The notes beneath the pieces were generated by a model, which was not told the DNA's origin, made no database searches, and saw nothing but the letters and a program-made list of their open reading frames with translations. A stretch of 64,000 nucleotides of DNA from a virus (lineage: Duplodnaviria > Caudoviricetes), in the IMG/VR virus record IMGVR_UViG_3300031134_000004, positions 128,001 through 192,000 of that record. One strand, written 5' to 3'. Shown here piece by piece: positions 9,184 to 17,505 of the stretch (position 1 is the first letter of the stretch; the number at the start of each line of letters is the position of its first letter). The position numbers and the translations under genes are program-made.

Positions 9184-11217
9184 ATGAGCTGGAACAACAA
9201 CAATCAACCGAACTTGCCGTACAATGCCACTGGTCCAGAGCGGCAACCGCTGAACCTGAGCCTGGGTAATCCGCCGTACGTGCCGGCAAGCTTCAATGGC
9301 CCACAACCGCTGCAACAGATCCTGCCCTTGATCTGCGCATCGGCTGCCATCGAAATCCAACAGCGTGCGCAGAACAATCCACTGCGTACGTTCATGTTCA
9401 ACCAGTATTCGCGCAACAACTTCAACAATGAGGATTTCGCAGCCCTCATCGAAGCGACGATCGAATACATCATCCTCGAGATGAACAACAATCGCTACAG
9501 TGACGTGGAACGCGCAGCGCAGAACTGCGTACCACAAATGTGCGAGATGCTGTGCGCAATCAATCTGCGGGTCTTCCCAGACCTGGAAGCGTACATCAAC
9601 CAGAACGTCGTCCAGACGCTGCGTAACACGATCAGCAACTTCGACAACATCGCGAACCGCATCAAGCAAGCGCGTTCGGGTAACAGCGGCTGGAACAACG
9701 GCAACAACAATAACAACAACCAAGGTAACAATGGTTGGAACGGTGGTAACAACAACAACGGCAATACCTGGAACAATGGTAATGGCGGTGGTGGTGGTAA
9801 CAACTGGAACAGCAACAGTGGTAACAACAACAGCGGTGGTAGCCAAAACCGCTGGAGCAATACCGGCAGCTGGAGTAGCGGTACAGCCAAGCCAAGCACT
9901 GGCAACACCGGCGCGCTGTTCAATAGCCAGAGCAGCAGCGGCAATGCAGAAGTCAGTGGTAACTTCCGCAGCAAGTACGACGACAAGCAACCACTCAAAC
10001 AACCCTATGAAGCCCGCAAGGAGAATCCCGTGAGCCAGCAACAACAGCAAGAAGAAATGCACGTCCTGGAAGCACCACTGAACTCGGGTGAAATCAAGTG
10101 GGTGCCAAGCAACCGCTACCCGTACGTACCTGCAATCGCCCCGACCGTCGGCGAAATCTGGCTGCGCAAGCATCCAGTTTCCCGCGATAACCCCAACGGC
10201 CTCATCGAGCCGTTCCTCAAAGAAAAGGACACCTCCGTGGACTACGACAAGCACGACACCGGCAGCATCTTCGGCCCACCACCGCGTACGCTCGACATGA
10301 GCAACGCTGCCAAGACCATGGCCAAGATCGAAGAAGGCGTGCGCAAGGTCAACAACACGGTGACGATGTCGGACGACGAAAAGAAAGCACCTGAAGTCAC
10401 GACGCTCGTGAACCAGAAGGTGATGATCGAAACGTCGCTCGAATCGGCCTGGGTTTCCGGTTCGCTCAATCGCCTGACGGCGCCGGCTGGTCAACTGCCT
10501 GACGTGTATCGCACCTACGCACGCATCGCGCTGCCACTGGTGACCCAGGAAGACCTGACCGATGTCATCACGAACTTCGGCCAGTCCAAGACCTACATCG
10601 AGCTGCGCGAAAAGCTGCAAGCGGCGATCGAAGAAAAGAAAGCACCACAACTGTGGGGTACGGTCAACACCCGCCTGACCGACATGATCAACCGCATCCT
10701 GTCGCAAAAGCTGGCACTGCCGGGCGAGAACGGTACGGCTGTGTCGATCGACTCGTTCCTGGGCGATATCGAAGATCTGATTTCGTTCCTGGGCAAGAGC
10801 TACGGTCAGAACGTGCAGCAAGCGTTCCTCAAGCATCAGAAGCAAGAAATCCAGAGCATGTTCATCACCCTGGACGAAAAGCTGACGAAAGACCTGTCGG
10901 ACGGTTACGTGGCGGACATGAAGTTCGACGACGCCAACAAGCCAACCTTCACGTTCCTGGCCAGCGACTATTCGCTCACGTTCCTGGACTGCCTGTCGTA
11001 CGAACTGGACGTGGACATGGTCAAAGGCATCGGCACCCTGATGACGGACGCCGGCACCCCGATCGTGCACAACATGCTCTCGGGTCTGTTTGCTGACATC
11101 GAAGAACGCGGCGGTTCGTTCGAGCGCCACCTGTTCATCACCAACGACGGCCGTACGCTCGAAGCGGTGCGCGGCTACCTGGGCGAGAAAGCCTACATGC
11201 TCACGCTCGTGAAGTAA
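9184..11217 (+). CDS. Large hypothetical protein with N/G-rich low-complexity region
   Basis: 677 aa, RBS aaggaaa, phage-typical codon bias; Asn/Gly/Trp tract at about aa 165-260. Confidence 0.8.
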   Translation: MSWNNNNQPNLPYNATGPERQPLNLSLGNPPYVPASFNGPQPLQQILPLICASAAIEIQQRAQNNPLRTFMFNQYSRNNFNNEDFAALIEATIEYIILEMNNNRYSDVERAAQNCVPQMCEMLCAINLRVFPDLEAYINQNVVQTLRNTISNFDNIANRIKQARSGNSGWNNGNNNNNNQGNNGWNGGNNNNGNTWNNGNGGGGGNNWNSNSGNNNSGGSQNRWSNTGSWSSGTAKPSTGNTGALFNSQSSSGNAEVSGNFRSKYDDKQPLKQPYEARKENPVSQQQQQEEMHVLEAPLNSGEIKWVPSNRYPYVPAIAPTVGEIWLRKHPVSRDNPNGLIEPFLKEKDTSVDYDKHDTGSIFGPPPRTLDMSNAAKTMAKIEEGVRKVNNTVTMSDDEKKAPEVTTLVNQKVMIETSLESAWVSGSLNRLTAPAGQLPDVYRTYARIALPLVTQEDLTDVITNFGQSKTYIELREKLQAAIEEKKAPQLWGTVNTRLTDMINRILSQKLALPGENGTAVSIDSFLGDIEDLISFLGKSYGQNVQQAFLKHQKQEIQSMFITLDEKLTKDLSDGYVADMKFDDANKPTFTFLASDYSLTFLDCLSYELDVDMVKGIGTLMTDAGTPIVHNMLSGLFADIEERGGSFERHLFITNDGRTLEAVRGYLGEKAYMLTLVK

Positions 11218-11277
11218 TCTTACCTTGCATGCCTGCTGGAGTTATTCTAGCAGGCGTGTATGACCTAGGAGAACAAC

Positions 11278-11793
11278 ATGGGTTTTCAGTTATCAATCGG
11301 TAATGCGCAGGCGGACTTTGACGATCCACGTAAGTATGTCAAGCAAGGCGAGGTTGCTGGTCAGTACGATATCTTCTTGTACGTACCAAACATCACGCAC
11401 TGGAATGCACCGTCGTTTCCTAACGCGGTTAGTTCGGCGCGCACGAACCAGATGTCGAGAAGTTATTCGTCGTTTGGTCAGTTCTGTGATATGACGGGAT
11501 TGGGTGAGGTGCTTGATAAACACGCTGGTGGCGAAATGGATCATCCTGACGCCATTGTCATTACGCCGATGCTCATTCAAGACGTGGCGGCAGTACGTTT
11601 TCGTTGGGAGCATTCTCGTCCTGCGAAAAAGCCTGCTGGTTATTGGAATGAAGTGTGGGAACCGAACACGCGTCAGTACATTGACCAAGATGGCGAAAAG
11701 TACGATTACACGTTGGCTGATCTTCTTTGGTTTGAAGGTTGGCTTAACTGGGCGTACCGTAACGTTCCTTACCCTTGCTTTAGGAATTCCTGA
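11278..11793 (+). CDS. Hypothetical protein
   Basis: RBS taggag, 171 aa. Confidence 0.7.
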   Translation: MGFQLSIGNAQADFDDPRKYVKQGEVAGQYDIFLYVPNITHWNAPSFPNAVSSARTNQMSRSYSSFGQFCDMTGLGEVLDKHAGGEMDHPDAIVITPMLIQDVAAVRFRWEHSRPAKKPAGYWNEVWEPNTRQYIDQDGEKYDYTLADLLWFEGWLNWAYRNVPYPCFRNS

Positions 11794-11794
11794 C

Positions 11795-12268
11795 ATGGAA
11801 AAAAATCCCTTTGAAGGCTTGCGCATTGCGGTGGCAGGCGAGAATTCGATGGCGCGCGAATACGCCACGAGTTTGATTGCCGACACGCTTTCGATGAATC
11901 ACTTCACGAACGTCAAGGTGCTCAATCCAGCAGCCATGGTGGTGCAGCACGGCACGACGCGTTCGTTGTATGATGTGGTCAAAGAACACGCTGCCCATAT
12001 CTTCAACGAGCCAGTGGAAATCCAAGGCAGCTTCGCATCGTTTGAGGACAAGAATATCGACGGTGCGTTCGGTCCTGAACCTGTGGGGCGTTTCCAATGG
12101 TCCAATGCTGACAAGCTCTGGGTCCAAACACCTGACGATGATCCGAAAGGTATCACGCTGTACGTGGCTGAAAAAGACGGCGAACGTGCACGCGAATTAT
12201 CAGGTCAGAAAGCGCTCGGTGTAATGACAGAATACCCGAACACCGGCAAGCGCACCATCGAAGCTTAA
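11795..12268 (+). CDS. Hypothetical, degenerate P-loop-like paralogue family member 1
   Basis: True start probably MEKNPF (ATG 11795, RBS agga); LRIAVAGENSMAREYATSLIADTL...FTNVKV. Confidence 0.65.
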   Translation: MEKNPFEGLRIAVAGENSMAREYATSLIADTLSMNHFTNVKVLNPAAMVVQHGTTRSLYDVVKEHAAHIFNEPVEIQGSFASFEDKNIDGAFGPEPVGRFQWSNADKLWVQTPDDDPKGITLYVAEKDGERARELSGQKALGVMTEYPNTGKRTIEA

Positions 12269-12320
12269 ACCTTCATGCCTGCTGGGAAACCGGCAGGCTA
12301 TATGCCATTAAGGAGAAGTT

Positions 12321-12767
12321 ATGGCACGCACTGCCAATGTGAGTGTTCAGTACACAGAGTCCCATCCAATTGGTTCGGGGATCTATACGTTGCTGACGGA
12401 AATGCTCAAGTCGTACAAACCGATGGAAAAGCACAGCATCGTGAGTGTGGAAGTTGTCGAGACGTATATCGAGAACGACGACACGGAAAGTCCTCGGATC
12501 AATGCAACACAAATTACGTGGGATGATTCGCAAGGATCGCCTTATAGCAAAGTTGCGGTGTTGGTCTTTGAAGCAGACCGCACTGCCCAGTATCGTGAAC
12601 CGAAGTTTGTGGTGCGTTACGCTGACTCAGTGTTTTCGCACGATGAACCTCGTACGAGCGACATTCATTACTACGTCAAAAGCATGGGTAATGCGTTGGT
12701 GGAGATTTGCAATGTCTTCCTCAACACTCACCCCATGATTCCCCGTTCCCGCAAGTTCCCCCAATAA
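12321..12767 (+). CDS. Hypothetical protein
   Basis: RBS aaggag, 148 aa. Confidence 0.7.
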   Translation: MARTANVSVQYTESHPIGSGIYTLLTEMLKSYKPMEKHSIVSVEVVETYIENDDTESPRINATQITWDDSQGSPYSKVAVLVFEADRTAQYREPKFVVRYADSVFSHDEPRTSDIHYYVKSMGNALVEICNVFLNTHPMIPRSRKFPQ

Positions 12768-12779
12768 GGAGTAACAAAC

Positions 12780-13226
12780 ATGAGTACCAAAGACAAAAAA
12801 CTGAGCGTTACCATTAACCTGGCCGGCACGAGCAATACGGGCAAGACCCTGCTCGCTGCAAAACTGAGCGCCTTCTTCAAGAGCCTCGGTATCATCGAGA
12901 CCAAGGTGCATGACGAAGAAATCCATCCGGAAGACTTCGGCGAACTGTGCATCCAAGCACCGACGACGTCGTTCGATTACGCAGCGCAAGACACCAGCGT
13001 TGACATCAGCGTCTCGCCGATCTACCACCCAATCGACACCAGCGACGAGCCAGCTGCGCAGCGTCACATGCTCGAAGCGAACCTGTCGGCCGAACAGCTC
13101 GAAGCGCGTTTCAGCAAGTCGTACCAGCACCCGCAACATCCACGCACTGCCTGGTTGGCTGAAATCCACGAACGTCGCATCACTGACGGCTACTGGGTGT
13201 GGCTCAAGCGTCAACTGGCAAAGTAA
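12780..13226 (+). CDS. P-loop-containing small protein (family member 2)
   Basis: INLAGTSNTGKTLLAAKL is an intact Walker A; C-terminal HP..AW..EI......GYW.WL module. Confidence 0.75.
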   Translation: MSTKDKKLSVTINLAGTSNTGKTLLAAKLSAFFKSLGIIETKVHDEEIHPEDFGELCIQAPTTSFDYAAQDTSVDISVSPIYHPIDTSDEPAAQRHMLEANLSAEQLEARFSKSYQHPQHPRTAWLAEIHERRITDGYWVWLKRQLAK

Positions 13227-13324
13227 TTTCTTGTCAGAAAGAAAACATCTTTTTACTGGCCTAGCTAGTTCTATGTAGCACATTTTCAACGTAGTCCACT
13301 ACACTTAAACAAGGAAAAAGTATC

Positions 13325-13642
13325 ATGGCACAAGGCACTTTGCACATCGAAATCACCGGCGACCAAGACTCGGGCAAGACCCTCATCGGGAACATCATCC
13401 ACGATGCGCTGGAAAAGAACGGCTTTAAGAACGTGACCCAAATCGCCGACACGGGCGAACCGGTTGCTCGCATCGACAATACCCCATCGGTTCTGGACCT
13501 GGTGCGCGAATCGCGCCCTGACATGTTCGACACGCCCGTGACCATCTCCGAGACGACCTGGAGCGGCGACGACGACATCAACGTTGTTACCGACACCGGT
13601 CTGGAAGACCTCGAGACCGAAGCGAACGCAGCGCTGGGCTAA
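13325..13642 (+). CDS. P-loop-containing small protein (family member 3)
   Basis: IEITGDQDSGKTLIGNII is an intact Walker A; SVLDLVRESRPDMF. Confidence 0.75.
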   Translation: MAQGTLHIEITGDQDSGKTLIGNIIHDALEKNGFKNVTQIADTGEPVARIDNTPSVLDLVRESRPDMFDTPVTISETTWSGDDDINVVTDTGLEDLETEANAALG

Positions 13643-13711
13643 TATAGCAGCGGCATAAACGACAGGAAGGCTTTGCGCTTTCCTGTCTTTCTTTTTTTCT
13701 TGGAGATTACC

Positions 13712-13891
13712 ATGCCACTTGCTCGTGTGCAGCGAATTGAACTTGAGTTCGCCGAATCAGAGAAGTGTCCACCCTTACCTGCTAAACCATCGAAGCATCA
13801 ACCCAAAGCCATAGCGCAGTTGGGTGAAAGTGCGCAGCGTAAGAAACAAATGGCGTGGCGCTTCTTAATGGCTCAAAGGGGGATACGGTGA
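13712..13891 (+). CDS. Small basic hypothetical protein (MPLARVQ...)
   Basis: RBS ggag before ATG 13712; its stop overlaps the next GTG. Confidence 0.55.
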   Translation: MPLARVQRIELEFAESEKCPPLPAKPSKHQPKAIAQLGESAQRKKQMAWRFLMAQRGIR

Positions 13892-14313
13892 GTATGAAGC
13901 ATGGCATACCGCATTTCGATCATTCAAAGGACATCGCAATGAGTCTGAAAAATGTCTGTGTTGCATTGTCGGCCTTTGCACAGCCAACCAATAGCGACAA
14001 TCCGATTCCTCTTAACAGAACCGCGCCTGAACCGGAGAGTCGTAACTTGTTGGGTCCGCTCTTTTGGAACGTGGTATTGCAACGCAATATCTCGGATGAG
14101 CAACTCAAGAAGATGCTGCGCAACTACGAGCAAGTGCTGCGCAATCGGGGTGTGGGAACACGCCACCGTAATCTGGATGGGGATATTTACAATCAATTAA
14201 AACGCGGCGATATGACGTGGAAGATCTTTTGCATGGGGCTTGAAGCCATTGGTGCAGAACTCATCGATGTGCAGCTTGGCGTTAGTTTTAAGGAGGCAGT
14301 TAATGTCGGATAA
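13888..14313 (+). CDS. Hypothetical protein, paralogous to the C-terminus of 29474-30016
   Basis: GTGA overlap start; LGPLFWNVVLQRNIS...QLKRGDMTWKIFCMGLEAIG. Confidence 0.65.
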   Translation: MSMKHGIPHFDHSKDIAMSLKNVCVALSAFAQPTNSDNPIPLNRTAPEPESRNLLGPLFWNVVLQRNISDEQLKKMLRNYEQVLRNRGVGTRHRNLDGDIYNQLKRGDMTWKIFCMGLEAIGAELIDVQLGVSFKEAVNVG

Positions 14314-14923
14314 GAAAATCGCGGTGACGGTCTCAGGCGGTGACCTTGTCGAAAATGAATTGGTGGCGATTTCAATTCACCACCACCTAACGCACGGTGG
14401 CTGGGGTAACGTGACGGTGGAAGACCCAGCTGGTCAACCTACCAAAGAAGCCTTGGAAGGCATTACGCTGTACGACATGGTGGATCGTCTGCGGCCTGAA
14501 CTCTTTGACACGAGTATCGTCGTTAAAGGGTCGTTGCCACAAAGCTTCCCAGACCAACCGATTGTGACCGATTCCCACGGCACCGAGCGGTATAAGACGA
14601 ACGAAGTGGTTCGTTACCTGCTCGATGAAGGTCCGTTTGACATGAACCATCTGGCACGTATTCCTTTCCCACTGGAAGACCGTCAGCAGTTCGCGCAAAT
14701 GATCGGTTACAGTACCGGCGGTTACGATACGCTGAGTTACTCGCCAGCCTCGCTCGCTGCAGAAGCGAGTGAACGGGCGCGCGATGAAGTCGAGCGTGTC
14801 AAGAACCATGGCGCGGCGTCCATGTCGCACACGGAAGTCGAAGCGCGCGACTACGACCCGGTTGACAACAAAACCTTCGCTGTGGAAGTTGAACAGCCCA
14901 GCACGGACAATACGTCCAATTAA
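14303..14923 (+). CDS. Degenerate P-loop-like paralogue family member 4
   Basis: RBS aaggagg, ATG 14303; IAVTVSGGDLVENELV...LYDMVDRLRPELFD. Confidence 0.7.
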   Translation: MSDKKIAVTVSGGDLVENELVAISIHHHLTHGGWGNVTVEDPAGQPTKEALEGITLYDMVDRLRPELFDTSIVVKGSLPQSFPDQPIVTDSHGTERYKTNEVVRYLLDEGPFDMNHLARIPFPLEDRQQFAQMIGYSTGGYDTLSYSPASLAAEASERARDEVERVKNHGAASMSHTEVEARDYDPVDNKTFAVEVEQPSTDNTSN

Positions 14924-14932
14924 GGAGAAACG

Positions 14933-16075
14933 ATGAACAATGGAACAGATATCCGCGTTCAAGTCACGGGTGGCGATTCTTGGAAAGAACGCGAACTCGT
15001 GGCAGACACGATCGCTGTTGCAATGCAGGATCGCGGTTTCAATCAAGTCACTGCGCTCAATAGCATGGGCGGTGAGAGTGAGTTGTATGGTGTTAAACCA
15101 CGCACGGTGTGGGAAGCGGTCAATGTCGTAGCATCCAGTTTGGTCAATCGCACTATCACGGTCGATCCTGGTCTTGACAGTAAGCATCCTGGGTTGGCAA
15201 AAGACTTCGGCTTTGGTGGTCACTGGCAGCATCTGGCTAACACTGGTATGTCGGTGTACAATCCGGACGAGCAAGGTCATCCTGAATCGGAGCCAGCCCA
15301 GTTCGATAACACCACGGTGATGGTTCGTTCGGGTGAACACTCGGCCATCATGGACCTGCGAAACCGCAACAGTCCAGAAGGCACAATCAACGGCTGCCGG
15401 GAAATGGGTATTGAAGCTACGCATGTCGGCATTCGTGCAAGCGACATGGATAACGCGGTCGCGGCTGTTGCGCAAGCACTGCGCGCAGCGCCGGGTGCTT
15501 ACGTGACGGTATCGGTGCGTGAACCGAATAGTAATCGTGGCGGCGAACCACCGGAGCAGTTGTACTTTAACGATCCGGCACCAAAAACGATCCATCCATT
15601 CCAAGTGCAAGAGTTGCCTGGTCGTGGCTTCCGTCCCTTTACCGAAACGTTCGACCGCTCGATGGTGTTGCAAGACAATCCGGGTTCGTTCTTGCTCGAC
15701 GATGTCGTTGAGACCGATCCGAACCACAGTAAGATCGTGGAGATGGTCAAGCAGCGGATCGAGAACACCTTGCAAGACTCGGAAAAGTCGCTTGCAAATG
15801 CACGCGAACACCTCGCTGCAGCACAGCACTCAATCGACCAAGTCGAGAAACTCGAAGCACCTGGTCTTAAAGACCAAGTCACGCAAATGGTGAAAACCAA
15901 TCTGCAGGCTTCGGGCGGCTACGACAACCTGTCCGATAAAGCGGTCGAAGAACTGGCTGCTGTCGCCGTCGGCAAAGGTTTCCAGAACGCAAAGAGCAAG
16001 CTGGCTGTGCAAAATGGCGGCTACACACCACCCACCGAGGACGAACCGAAGACCGGTCGTCGTAACAAGAAGTAA
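14933..16075 (+). CDS. Degenerate P-loop-like paralogue family member 5
   Basis: RBS aaggag; IRVQVTGGDSWKERELVADTI...RGFNQVT; C-terminal coiled coil. Confidence 0.75.
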   Translation: MNNGTDIRVQVTGGDSWKERELVADTIAVAMQDRGFNQVTALNSMGGESELYGVKPRTVWEAVNVVASSLVNRTITVDPGLDSKHPGLAKDFGFGGHWQHLANTGMSVYNPDEQGHPESEPAQFDNTTVMVRSGEHSAIMDLRNRNSPEGTINGCREMGIEATHVGIRASDMDNAVAAVAQALRAAPGAYVTVSVREPNSNRGGEPPEQLYFNDPAPKTIHPFQVQELPGRGFRPFTETFDRSMVLQDNPGSFLLDDVVETDPNHSKIVEMVKQRIENTLQDSEKSLANAREHLAAAQHSIDQVEKLEAPGLKDQVTQMVKTNLQASGGYDNLSDKAVEELAAVAVGKGFQNAKSKLAVQNGGYTPPTEDEPKTGRRNKK

Positions 16076-16104
16076 TAACCATCCACAACTAGAAAGGAAA
16101 CACC

Positions 16105-16755
16105 ATGTTTAACCAAAACGCCACTTACAACCCAAGCCCGAACCACAACCACACCGAGTTCAACAGCGACCTGAACATCCACGTTACCGGCGGCGACCGT
16201 GTCGAACGTGAACTGCTGGTCGATGCTGTCTCGAGCGCCCTGAAGAAACGCGGCCTGGAAGGCGTCAAAGCCATCGGTCCACACGGCTGGGCTACCGGGC
16301 ACGAAAACGTGCAGCCGAAAACCATCCTGGATCACGTCGAAAAGCTCCGTCCTGACCTGATGAACAAGAACATCGCTGTGACCTCGCAGCAAGACAAGTT
16401 CGCAATGCACGCCGGCTTGTCGCCAATGCCAGTCAAGTTCAGCGCAAGTAATGCTGACGGCAAGAGCATCAGCAGCTCGAGCGGCACCGCCAAACAGTTC
16501 CTGGCTGAAGCAAGTGAAATGGGCGTGTCGGAAAAGATCACCGTCTCGGGCACCTACCAAGACTCGCTGATTCGTGCAGCCCAAGAAATCCTGCACGCAC
16601 AACCGGCCACGGAAGTCACACTCAAGATGGAACTGCAACCGTGGCAAGTTCGTCAAAACAACGACGCCTACTACGCACCGCCGTTCGAACCAGGCAAGGT
16701 CGTCAGCACGCTCGATCCAGCCGGCATCCCACTGCCAGCTTCGCAACCGTTCTAA
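16105..16755 (+). CDS. Degenerate P-loop-like paralogue family member 6
   Basis: RBS aaagga; LNIHVTGGDRVERELLVDAV...TILDHVEKLRPDLM. Confidence 0.75.
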   Translation: MFNQNATYNPSPNHNHTEFNSDLNIHVTGGDRVERELLVDAVSSALKKRGLEGVKAIGPHGWATGHENVQPKTILDHVEKLRPDLMNKNIAVTSQQDKFAMHAGLSPMPVKFSASNADGKSISSSSGTAKQFLAEASEMGVSEKITVSGTYQDSLIRAAQEILHAQPATEVTLKMELQPWQVRQNNDAYYAPPFEPGKVVSTLDPAGIPLPASQPF

Positions 16756-16817
16756 GTCGCAGCTGGTAAGTTCTAACGCGGCATAAGGGCCAGAGGGGAG
16801 TTACCCCCTCTGGCTCT

Positions 16818-17441
16818 ATGACACAAATTATGAAAACGAAAAACACAACGTGCACCTATCGCATAACTCATCATAAGTCTGGTAAGTTCTACATTGGCAG
16901 TACTGGTAATTTCCAACAAAGAAAATTAGAGCACGAAAGCGCACTTCGTAGGAATTGCCATACGAATTCAGAACTTCAACAAGCCTATAATGACGATCCC
17001 AATATCGCGATTGAAATTGAAACTATTGCAAAGGATAGGGAAGAAGCTTATAACCTTGAACAAAAACATTTAGACGAGCACATTCGATCAGGCACGCTCT
17101 TCAATAAAGATACTGAGGCAAAAGGTTGGTTGCAAGGACAGCCTTGTTCTGATGAGAGAAAAGCAGCTATCTCCTACGCTAACTCAGGACGAACACATAG
17201 TCCTGAAACTAAGAAACAAATCGGAGACACTCAGCGGGGCCGAAAGCGAGCTGAGGAAGCAGTTGAAAAGATGAAAGAAACTCTTCGTAAGAAGTCTAAA
17301 GCAGTTTCTATTAAAGGTGTAATTTATCCAAGCATCGGAGTAGCGATCGAAGCATTAGGTGTAGATTACAATACCATCAGTAATCGTGTCAGAAGTCAAA
17401 CTGACGCGTTTAGTGATTGGTTCTTTGTCGAGCAGGCATAA
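16818..17441 (+). mobile_element. Free-standing GIY-YIG homing endonuclease (Seg-like) with NUMOD3-like segment
   Basis: TYRITHHKSGKFYIGST...R...H; GRTHSPETKKQIG (NUMOD3-like); more AT-rich than neighbours; flanked by hairpins on both sides. Confidence 0.88.
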
Positions 17442-17505
17442 GAGCGAGAAGGGATTTCTCCCTTCTCGCCTATGACCTACTTTTTTTTTCGGTCTTTAAC
17501 CAACT

